Source: an uncultured Gammaproteobacteria bacterium
GTDB taxonomy: Bacteria; Cyanobacteriota; Vampirovibrionia; LMEP-6097
DNA length: 47,048 nt
NCBI GenBank assembly: GCA_964410425.1
Contig: CAYPGT010000005.1
Location: forward strand, 13,656-60,703
Reading direction: 5' to 3'
Positions 1 to 9,600 of the stretch are shown piece by piece. Each line of letters begins with the position of its first letter. Within the stretch, counting starts at the first letter, position 1. Under the pieces are notes generated by a model that saw only the letters and a list, made by a program, of their open reading frames with translations, searched no databases and was not told the DNA's origin. The position numbers were made by a program, and so were the translations under genes.

Positions 1-45
1 CTATATGCGGATCTAGAAGTTTAACCTACGCAACATAGTGTTTGC

Positions 46-2022
46 TTAGATTGCGTAATCAATTAGTGCTGTTACTTTTCTGTGGTCGGAACCATGCCAC
101 TTGCCAACACTTACTCCACTTGGATGTTGTAGATTTTTATGTAGTCTTTTACGTTCTGACCGTGGCTCACATTCGTATTGTTTTATTTTCTGTGAAACTG
201 TATCCTCATCAATATTGTGAAATTTCAAATGATGATTAATGGCGATTAAATCTAGAGATCTGCGTAAATTACCCAAAAGTGGTTTTAAAAAAGTTCTTTT
301 ATCTAAATGAGTCGTTGATTTATTCCTAAAGGGACTTTCAAATCCATATTCTTTGAGAACTTGTTCCAATTGACTTTCTTCTGATCGAGCAGATGCTCTG
401 GTCATAAATAAATCTGGTGAGAGTATTTCGTCTAAGGGATTGAAATCACCAGCAAGAATAGTTGCAAAGTCCTGCACCGCGAGTGTTTTGTTTCCTAAAA
501 TGCTCTTTAATAAATTTAATCGTCCGCTAGTATTCATCACTGCTGGTAAGTGAAAGTTTACTATTTGTAGAGTTCGGTTTTCTAGATCTTTTAAGCGAAC
601 TGCTAGTGCTGAGCTGATCTTCTCCCCCCAGCCTGTTAGGGTATGTATGAATTTGTCTTTTAATGAACTATGGTTTTTTTCCTTGAAAATTCTAAACCAC
701 GGCTTGGGTTCTTCTTTAACTTCATTACTATTTTCTGTTAGATCGTGTTCAATTTTGAAATACTCAGTAGGTGCAATGGTGACAATATATTGCATGCCCT
801 TCCTATCTTGATGCTCAGCTTTAGTTCTTGACGTAGTTTCATCACAATAAAGGTCTACCAAACTAATAGGAGGTCCTTGATTAAAATCAGGCGCCCAAAA
901 AATATGCAAGCCATTTATTAATTTGTAACCACCTTCAATAGAGGGTTCTTCATCTATTAGTTCTTTTAAATCCCTACTATTGAATTCTTGAAAGTTATGT
1001 ATTCTTTTGTGATGAAGTCTATCTCTTAGCTCTTGGGCTAATGGATCATAATGTGGGTCCTTGTAATGTCGGGGTAGAGGTATAACATTACCCTGTAGAT
1101 TGTGAGTTACTACTGTTGAATCAGCTAAATTTTCATTATCTCTGATTTGAGCTGGTAGCTTTCTTCTTGCGGCATAGAGGAAGCTATGAGTATCTTCAAA
1201 ACTTGAAAGCTTGTCACTAATAGCGCGGTGATCACTATCATGTGGATCTTTTATAAACACACAATGTGCTTTGAAGCCATGCTCTATTGCTAGATCTTTT
1301 AATGCTTCCATACCTTTAATATCAGAATTACTGTTGCCAAAATAAAAAACTTGATCTGGCTTTTTATTTTTTCGAAGAGAATGTTTAATGATACGTTCTA
1401 TACCAAATCTTTTTGAATTAATATATTCATCAAAGATTTTCATGATCTTGCTGGAACCCTTTTTCTTGGGGTCTTTTGTTTTGTTCTTTAGGTTTGCATG
1501 AACTCTGTGCACTACTGCATATAAAGCAGTTAGTGCGAGCCTTTTAGGATGCCAAAGGTCATAACTCTTACGGCTTACATCTTCTTCTAAGTCAAATGGA
1601 TAAAGATGCTCAGAGCCATTAGAACATAATCTATCTAAATTGGCTGGTATATTTGAATGAGTTATTGCGTAGGCTGGTCTACTACTTAGAGTTACTACTT
1701 TAACGTTTGGGAAAGTATTTAATTCACTCAATACCTGAGCAATTTTAGGATCAATGGCATCATTGTGAATATAAGAGTCACTGTTGTTTTCTCTTAGTGT
1801 TCCATCTATATCAAAAATTAGTACATAATTTTTAGCAGAACTTGGATCGAAATTATCTAATAACTTATTTATAGTTTTCTGGTTAGAGTCGTTAAGACCA
1901 TGTTCTAGAGTAGCTGTGTTAGTTAATCCGTTAGGAGTACTGTTTCTATGAGGAGGGGAAACCGAACTAGCTCTTGAAGCTTTACTTTCTGTGGTGAAGG
2001 CTGTTGTCAGTCCTTCAATCAT
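46..2022 (-). CDS. Fusion of a HAD-family (trehalose-phosphatase-like) domain and an endonuclease/exonuclease/phosphatase (EEP) domain, with S/T/P-rich N-terminus
   Basis: HAD motif I FDIDGTL, motif II SSR, degenerate motif IV FGNSNSD; EEP motifs NFHL, AGDFN, LDLI and C-terminal SDH. Confidence 0.7.
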   Translation of the reverse strand: MIEGLTTAFTTESKASRASSVSPPHRNSTPNGLTNTATLEHGLNDSNQKTINKLLDNFDPSSAKNYVLIFDIDGTLRENNSDSYIHNDAIDPKIAQVLSELNTFPNVKVVTLSSRPAYAITHSNIPANLDRLCSNGSEHLYPFDLEEDVSRKSYDLWHPKRLALTALYAVVHRVHANLKNKTKDPKKKGSSKIMKIFDEYINSKRFGIERIIKHSLRKNKKPDQVFYFGNSNSDIKGMEALKDLAIEHGFKAHCVFIKDPHDSDHRAISDKLSSFEDTHSFLYAARRKLPAQIRDNENLADSTVVTHNLQGNVIPLPRHYKDPHYDPLAQELRDRLHHKRIHNFQEFNSRDLKELIDEEPSIEGGYKLINGLHIFWAPDFNQGPPISLVDLYCDETTSRTKAEHQDRKGMQYIVTIAPTEYFKIEHDLTENSNEVKEEPKPWFRIFKEKNHSSLKDKFIHTLTGWGEKISSALAVRLKDLENRTLQIVNFHLPAVMNTSGRLNLLKSILGNKTLAVQDFATILAGDFNPLDEILSPDLFMTRASARSEESQLEQVLKEYGFESPFRNKSTTHLDKRTFLKPLLGNLRRSLDLIAINHHLKFHNIDEDTVSQKIKQYECEPRSERKRLHKNLQHPSGVSVGKWHGSDHRKVTALIDYAI

Positions 2023-2143
2023 TGCTATTTATTAAATGCTCTGACATTTACTTGAAAATAAGTATAATAGTATTTTTATTATTTGTCAGACTATTAGAAT
2101 AACCCCGATAAATTAATAATATGGCATAATATATTGATACCTT

Positions 2144-3976
2144 ATGCCCCCACAGAAAGAAACATCAACTGGAGCTAAATCTCTATTAAAAGAACTAAGA
2201 CGCCAAGGCGTTAAGAGGTTCTTTGGTTATCCGGGTGGAGTTTTGCTTGGGCTTTATGATGAGCTTTATCACGAAGAAGAATTAATGCATATACTTGTGC
2301 GTCATGAGCAGGGTGGTTGTCATGCTGCTGAAGGTTATGCTCGAGTATCTGGAAGACCAGGGGTGGTCTTGGCTACTAGTGGTCCGGGTGCTACTAATTT
2401 AGTAACAGGTATTGCTGATGCTTATATGGACTCTACTCCTATTGTCTGTCTTACAGGACAAGTGCCAACTTTTGGAATTGGAACTGACTTTTTCCAAGAA
2501 GCAGATATCACTGGGATTACTTATCCTATTGTGAAACATAGTTACCTCGTGCGTAAGCCAGAAGATTTGGCTCGCTGTGTTGCTAATGCTTTCCATATTT
2601 GCTCTACTGGTCGTCCAGGACCGGTTCTTATAGATATGCCTAAGGATGTATTAAATGGTCAGTATGAAGTAACTAATGCTAATAGAATTGATGATAATTA
2701 TAAGCCTGATATTAAAGGTTATAAACCCGTGCTTAATGGCAATCCTAAGCAGATTGCTAATGCTGCTAAACGTATCTTGAAAGCCCGTCGCCCAGTGATT
2801 TATGCAGGTGGTGGTGTTATTAGTTCTGGTGCTTCTGCATTATTACGTGAGCTCGTGCAGACCTGTAATATTCCAGTGACTACTACACTACAGGGTAAAG
2901 GTGCTATGCCGCATAAACATCCTCTATTCTTAGGCATGTTAGGTATGCATGGAACAGCCTATGCTAATTACTCTATTTATAATTGTGATCTATTAATTGC
3001 GATTGGAGTTCGCTTTGATGACAGGGTTACAGGTAAGATCGAGACATTTGCACCCGATGCAGATGTGATTCATATTGATATAGATCCAGCTGAAGTTAGT
3101 AAGAATCGTAAAATGCGTGAGATGATTGATATCCCAATCGTGGGTGATGCAAAGAATGTTCTTAAAGAATTGATTCAACAAATAAATAAGCAGAAACCTG
3201 ACATCGAAGAATGGCATAAAAAAGTAAAAGAATGGAAGGATGAGTATCCATTAGATCACGATCCGATTGCAGAAGATTTAATTAGTCCGCAGCATATTCT
3301 CAAAACTATCAAGAAGCTTGCTGGTGACAAGGTTGTATACGCTACAGATGTTGGACAGCATCAAATGTGGGCAGCACAGCATGCTGAGATTGATCATCCA
3401 CGTCAATGGCTTACTAGTGGCGGTGCTGGAACTATGGGTTTTGGTTTGCCAGCAGCGATGGGTGCGGCGGCAGCGTTAGAAGATTCTAAGGGAACTAAGA
3501 ACGATAGATCAGATGAAATAGTAGTTAATATTTCTGGTGATGGTAGTTTCCAGATGTGTGAGCAGGAGTTAGGAACGCTTAAGGCTTATAAGCTTAAAGT
3601 TATTAATTGTATTTTTAATAATCAAAACCTAGGCATGGTACGTCAATGGCAAGATCTCTTCTATGATAAAAATTATTCTCATGTAGATTTGAAACATGGT
3701 AGTCCTGACTTCGTGAAGCTTGCTCAAGCTTATGGTCTTAATGGACATAAACCAGAGACCAGAGCTGATGTAGAGACTGTACTTAAGGCTGCTTTAGCTG
3801 ATGGTGAAGCTACAGTGATAGACTTCCCAATGGCTTATGAGATGAATGTTTGGCCAATAGTGCCTCCTGGTGCGTCTAATATGGATATGATGGGCATAGA
3901 TAGTTGCACACTTACTAGTAAGACTAGAGAAAGTATTGATAGACCCGTAAACGACTATGGCTGGGAGCAAGTCTAG
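2144..3976 (+). CDS. ilvB: Acetolactate synthase large (catalytic) subunit
   Basis: FGYPGG, RHEQG, TSGPGATN, GRPGPV, DVGQHQMW, GTMGFGLPAAMGA, TPP-binding GDGSFQM, GMVRQWQ. Confidence 0.95.
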   Translation: MPPQKETSTGAKSLLKELRRQGVKRFFGYPGGVLLGLYDELYHEEELMHILVRHEQGGCHAAEGYARVSGRPGVVLATSGPGATNLVTGIADAYMDSTPIVCLTGQVPTFGIGTDFFQEADITGITYPIVKHSYLVRKPEDLARCVANAFHICSTGRPGPVLIDMPKDVLNGQYEVTNANRIDDNYKPDIKGYKPVLNGNPKQIANAAKRILKARRPVIYAGGGVISSGASALLRELVQTCNIPVTTTLQGKGAMPHKHPLFLGMLGMHGTAYANYSIYNCDLLIAIGVRFDDRVTGKIETFAPDADVIHIDIDPAEVSKNRKMREMIDIPIVGDAKNVLKELIQQINKQKPDIEEWHKKVKEWKDEYPLDHDPIAEDLISPQHILKTIKKLAGDKVVYATDVGQHQMWAAQHAEIDHPRQWLTSGGAGTMGFGLPAAMGAAAALEDSKGTKNDRSDEIVVNISGDGSFQMCEQELGTLKAYKLKVINCIFNNQNLGMVRQWQDLFYDKNYSHVDLKHGSPDFVKLAQAYGLNGHKPETRADVETVLKAALADGEATVIDFPMAYEMNVWPIVPPGASNMDMMGIDSCTLTSKTRESIDRPVNDYGWEQV

Positions 3977-4529
3977 GGTCGCCATTATTGGTGCTGCTGG
4001 TGTTGGTAAGACGACACTTCTTAATGAGTTGTTTAAGGATAAGGGTATTAATCAATCCTATTCTAAAATAGATGAAGTAGTAAGAGTGCTTTGTGCGGAG
4101 AGAGGCTATAGTTCTCCATATGATATCCCTGAGTTAGAAATACATCAATTTAGAATTGATGTGTTAAATAAGCAGATAGCTCTTGAGAATGAAGCTAATA
4201 GTTTTATCGTTGATCGTTCTACGATAGATGCTTGGGCATATTTTATGCGTTGGTCTTGGAATTCAGTCACAGTCGAGCTTACAGAAGAGTTCTACCAAGC
4301 TGCTTATAAACAAGCTCAGCATTATGATCTTTTAGTTTATTTACCTAGATCTATTCCCCTAATGGACGATGGCTATCGCTGGAATAATATTGTCTATCAA
4401 GAACAAATTGATCGTTTGCTTAAATCTATAATTAAGGATTGGGAGCTTGAATCTAAGTTCTGTGAAATTAAATCCAAAGATTTGAAAGTAAGAACAAATG
4501 AATTAAAAGAAAAATTACTTTTAAGCTAG
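3957..4529 (+). CDS. P-loop ATPase/kinase, NadR/AAA_28-like
   Basis: Walker A GAAGVGKT, IVDRS motif, YDLLVYL...DDGYR; overlaps the ilvB 3' end by 20 nt. Confidence 0.7.
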   Translation: MAGSKSRVAIIGAAGVGKTTLLNELFKDKGINQSYSKIDEVVRVLCAERGYSSPYDIPELEIHQFRIDVLNKQIALENEANSFIVDRSTIDAWAYFMRWSWNSVTVELTEEFYQAAYKQAQHYDLLVYLPRSIPLMDDGYRWNNIVYQEQIDRLLKSIIKDWELESKFCEIKSKDLKVRTNELKEKLLLS

Positions 4530-4591
4530 GTAATAGTACCTAATTTTTGAGTGATTTTAGATTAATTTCATTTTATATTATTTATTAATCA

Positions 4592-6604
4592 ATGTGTTAT
4601 TATGGTTCGGCGATGCATGGAATCCCTTTGGATTCTCCTTGGTCGGGAGAGCAACCAGAACCTCTAAAATCTAATCTTATAGTCGCGGCAAGGAGTCTTT
4701 CTCGGGGTCCTGGTATTGGTGTTTTAGAGAGACTTGCTAACCAGTGGAAGATTGCTTCGGAATTACATCAAGCGCCTTCAGTAGAAACTCAAAGCTCTAG
4801 TGGTCATGAGAACACGATATCAGCAAGCCGATTATTTATTAGGGTTATTGGATTACTCAGAGATCTTTTTTCAGATGGAAAGCAAATTTTTTCTAAGAGG
4901 AAAGTTATTAAATCAATTGATGATTTTCAAAGGAAAGTAGTAGAAGCATTTAGTGCCGGTCCAAATGCAATACGACAAGAGGATAGAAACTTATCTTCTG
5001 TGCCTGATGGAGCGCGCGTTACAGCTCAACTAACTGCACTTACAAATGCAGCTAAAGTATCTACTGCGGAAATATTGAAAGGCCTTCCTATGGTGCTTGA
5101 ACAAATGCATAAGTCTACCCCGCTGAATTCGGCGATCAGTAATGGTCCACACAATGAATTTAATGCTCCTGATTATTTGACGAAGTTAGTAACAGAGTTT
5201 TACCAGGATGCTAAGCTCGATAACTGGATAGGCAATACTCCTAAAACAGCAGTTTTAAGTGTTTTAGAGGAGAAATTAAGTGGACTTGGTGTTGGAGATA
5301 CAAAGGAATTTTTCGTCAAACTATCGTTAAAACTACTTAAAAATAGTGATTTAGCTGGAACAGTTAAAGATAGAATACTTCATACATTGCATGAGTTGAA
5401 TTTTAATGGAGGTATCTTCTCACCTGCAGTTCTTGAAGTGGTACTTCACAGACCAGAATTGGTTGCTCGCTTACACCCTATTATTAGTAAAATGGATTAT
5501 GAGCAGCTTATTGATTTTCTTCAAAAGACTCCATTGAATCATAGGCAAGTTGAAGAATTAGCTAGTACTTGTATTAGTGACAGGTCTGATGTTAAAGAGA
5601 TATTAGCTGAAATTGATAGACGAAGTGATTCTGCTGATATCTTGGTGGCAGAGAAAGAAAGATTAGATATAGCTTTAGTAAGACTATTATTGAATGCAGA
5701 AGCACCCCTTAAGCCAATTGCTGCAAAGCAAATGGTTGATTTATTAGAGAGTAAAAGCTTGCCAATTTTAATTCAGGGAGAGCTTGCTAATGCATTGATT
5801 GCTGCTGATGCAAAATTAGCTCGTATTTATTTCTATAATTTAGCTAAGTCAACAATTAACAATGCAGCTGACTCTTCTGTCTCTGATACTTTGGATATAG
5901 ACTTGCCCTTAACTGTTGAAGTGACAGATGCTGAAATTGGCAAGAGAGTTCTTGCTGTAGAGAAATTTGTAAAAAGCTCAATTGGACAAAAGTCTGTAAC
6001 TGATTTGATGAGTATACTTAAAACCAGTAATTATCCAGATGTACGAGTAGCAGCTTTGTCTGCACTTTGTTCTGATGCGCTTAGATCACAAGGAAGTTTA
6101 GATATTCTGAATCGTCGACTAGAGGGAGAATGCCCATATCCAGACAATGTAAGTGAGATTAAGAATGAGGATCCTGTGTTATTACACACTATCTTGCATT
6201 TGAGTTTTTATGATGATATACCTGGACTGGTTAAGAATAAAGGAGCTACCGATAGCTTGAAAGCCTTGTTTGAAAGAATCTTAAGCCTTTCTAGCTTAAA
6301 TGATCTTAAAGGAAAAGTAGATAGCTATAATGAAACGTTATCCACTAATAAAACTACATCTAAGAAATTAAATCTTAAGAAAGCAGAGCCACTGGAAAAG
6401 ATCTTAGGTGCGGAAACCATATTTAATATAGTCACAAGTACTAATTCTAATCTGATCCTCACGAAAAACTGTATTGAACTTTTAGGTCGTCTAGAAGATC
6501 GCACCGTAGTCAAAGCACTAGCCAATGAGGTTCAACAGCCAAAACCTGGTCATATTTCTTTAAGTAATGTTATACAGACCCTTGTTAGCCACAGCAAAAC
6601 ATAA
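4592..6604 (+). CDS. Hypothetical alpha-helical protein, possibly HEAT/ARM-like in the C-terminal half
   Basis: 670-aa open frame; Leu/Ala-rich helices such as PDVRVAALSAL and CIELLGRLEDRTVVKAL; start may be at MHGIP. Confidence 0.6.
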   Translation: MCYYGSAMHGIPLDSPWSGEQPEPLKSNLIVAARSLSRGPGIGVLERLANQWKIASELHQAPSVETQSSSGHENTISASRLFIRVIGLLRDLFSDGKQIFSKRKVIKSIDDFQRKVVEAFSAGPNAIRQEDRNLSSVPDGARVTAQLTALTNAAKVSTAEILKGLPMVLEQMHKSTPLNSAISNGPHNEFNAPDYLTKLVTEFYQDAKLDNWIGNTPKTAVLSVLEEKLSGLGVGDTKEFFVKLSLKLLKNSDLAGTVKDRILHTLHELNFNGGIFSPAVLEVVLHRPELVARLHPIISKMDYEQLIDFLQKTPLNHRQVEELASTCISDRSDVKEILAEIDRRSDSADILVAEKERLDIALVRLLLNAEAPLKPIAAKQMVDLLESKSLPILIQGELANALIAADAKLARIYFYNLAKSTINNAADSSVSDTLDIDLPLTVEVTDAEIGKRVLAVEKFVKSSIGQKSVTDLMSILKTSNYPDVRVAALSALCSDALRSQGSLDILNRRLEGECPYPDNVSEIKNEDPVLLHTILHLSFYDDIPGLVKNKGATDSLKALFERILSLSSLNDLKGKVDSYNETLSTNKTTSKKLNLKKAEPLEKILGAETIFNIVTSTNSNLILTKNCIELLGRLEDRTVVKALANEVQQPKPGHISLSNVIQTLVSHSKT

Positions 6605-6688
6605 ATTACAACTTATCTAAAACTGCAGCTTTTGTGAGGATTGGGGCGTGCTTGAATAGTAGAGCATGTTATTATTTGCAATTGCGAC

Positions 6689-9600
6689 ATGATTGCAAAA
6701 ATTACATCAGCAACTCCGCCCGTTTCTCCAGCTTCTGCGCCAGTCGAGGCTGGTGAGCGCCCGTCAAGTGTAGAGACAACTGGAGCCAATAGGTTTGACC
6801 CTGATGCATCCGTAACTCTTCCAGTAGCTTCAGTATCAAGTCCTGAAAGCTTACTTGTCCTAGAAGCATTTAAAACTGATCTTCTGAGTCCTGTATGTTT
6901 TCCTGATACTGATTTAAGACAAACTGACTCAAAGTTTATCTGTAGTGTTAATAATCCTAATGGACATGATCCTTATATTTCCTTGAAATCTAAATTTGTT
7001 GACCCAAAAGATAGTAAGAGAAAAGAGACTGAGTATAGATTTAGATTTAATCCTAATTTAGATAGACCTAGGCGTCCAAGCATACCAGTTATTGGAGGAA
7101 TAAATGAAGTTGAGTTAGTTAGCTCAGATACTAAGTCAGGTTTAAGTTCTGAACAAATTCAGAAAGCGAATCAAGGTGCCTTAAGGGGAGTACTAATTGC
7201 TGATCCTTACTGGAATGCACGGCATAGACCCCAAAAAGCTAAGAAAGGCAAAGTAGATCTTAAATTAGAGCCCTTCCAAAAAGCTGCTAGTCAAGCTGGT
7301 TTTAAGGCTTTAACTGAACAAGCTAGTAAATCTGCGTTAATCGAAACACCTACTGGTACAGGTAAAACAGTTATTGCTTGGGATTTAATGGATAAGTATA
7401 ATAGCTGGTTGCGTTCTCAGAATAAACCCGTGGGTTCAACAGTTTTTGTTGTTAATAGTAAGGCGATCTTAAAAGATGCACAGAACAAGTTAAATAAATA
7501 CTATCCTGGACAATATGAAGCTGTACGTTATTACAAAGATACTGATACTAATTTTGATCCCAAGTTAGTGGATAAAAAAACTGTGGCAAAAAAGGTGATG
7601 AATAGTATAACTGCTGCTGCCAAACCTAGAGTTTATTTTACTAGCCCAAGAAGTTTGTTTAAATTGTTACGTGACATAAAGGATAAGGAATCAATCTCTC
7701 AGGCTATTTTTGATGAAGTGCATCACTTACCAGCTCCACTACATCGTTTGAGCTTAAAATGTCTTCGAGATGATCATCCAGATGTTGCTGTAGCTGGTTA
7801 TTCTGCAACTCCGTTTAGAACTGATGGTTTGTCTGTATCTGGACATATAAACAATGATACTACTGCTAATAAATCTAAGACATTTTCTTATTCACAACGA
7901 GAAGCATGGCTAGATGGTTATTTGCCAACAGTACATATTGCCCAACCTCGTTTACCTTCTATTAAATCAGCTGATCAAGATCCTGATACTGAATATCCTG
8001 AAACTTTAAATTTAGGAACTAAACTTATAAAATATAGTGACATTTGGAGCAGATACCAAGAACTAAGACCAAGTTTATATAACGGTAAAACACTTATATT
8101 AGTACAGAGTACAAAAGACGCTGATAAATTAGCCGAGTATTTTCAACGTCAGAATGTTAATGCTGCCGTTTATCATTCTCATAAAGAAGGCAGTTATCAA
8201 AATTATCTAGCTTGGAATACAGGAAAATGGCTAGATGCAGCTAAGCATAATGATCCAAGTCCAGAGGTCTTAATAGCTGTTGATGCTCTTAAAGAAGGTG
8301 TTGATGCAATGCCAGCACATTTAATGATTTGCAAATCAGTGGATTCTCTTTCTTCTTTAACTCAAATCATTGGAAGAGGTACGAGAATAGCTCCTGCCAA
8401 GACTCATTTGGAGGTGTCTGATATGGCAGGTATCACAAATGCACCAGCTTTCCTTTCAGCGATAATGAATTACTTTAAGACTATTCATAGCTTAGATCCT
8501 AGGTCATCTGACAATCATTCTAGTTATATGGATCGTTGTCATCAGGCTATGGGTGAACCGGGAGATGAACTAGATTTAGAACTATTTAAATTGGATAGTA
8601 ATATAGCTGATCGTCTGAGAAAGTATGTAGATGTCATACCTAAATATTTAGCAAGAAGATATATTAATTATGAAAAACTTAAGGAGCATGATGATGAGCT
8701 TGCAATACTTGATGAGTATATTGCTAAGCAATTAAAACTAGTGCCTGAAAGTAAAGCGAACGCAGTTGATATTAATCGTGAACTTGGAAATTACTTTGGA
8801 CGTTTGAGAAAGCTTCTTGACAGTGAGAAAAGTAGCTCTAAGGCAAATGCTTTGTACACGTTACGTAGTCAGATGATTGATGCTTTATTTACTGAGAACG
8901 ATGAAGTTAACCCAGAGTATTTTATCAAATCGACTGCGTCACATAGGATTATTTTTAAGAGATTAGTAGCTTTATTAGAGCAACATAGTAATTCAGTTGC
9001 TGCTGAGCATCTAAATTGTTTCAAAGATATGGAGCAGATTCTACCGGAATTTGTGATTAAGCACAAATTGAATATTAGAAATGCAAGAGAAAACATTACG
9101 GTACTTAGGAATACTTTATTAAGCAAATTATCAGTGAGTGATTTATTTGCGAACTATCTGACTAATCAAGAATTCATTAATACTTTAAGTCCTTTCTCTC
9201 AAGCTGTTTTAAGAGATATTCAGGATTTAGAATCTAGTGGAACTATTGATAGGCGTTTATGGTTTAAATCCATGGAAAGTGGTAGGGCTATTAAAGAAGA
9301 AAAAAGCATTATATGGCCTGGTAATGATGGACGGCGATGTATAGCAGCCTTATATGAAGCTTACTGTAAAATTGCTGAACGTATTGCTGATCCGATGTTG
9401 AAAGATAAACTAAGTTCTATGTTTGATCCCTCTCCATATTTCAGTTTTAGAACTGAGAAAGCTCTAAAACTTTATGATTTATATCGGCTATCTCAAGACT
9501 TTATTTCCAAGTTAGTTGAACTTGGATTACATGAAGGTGTAAATGATCCACTTTTTAGGTTGCATGATTATTTGAATATATTGAAGCGCAATAAGTCTTC

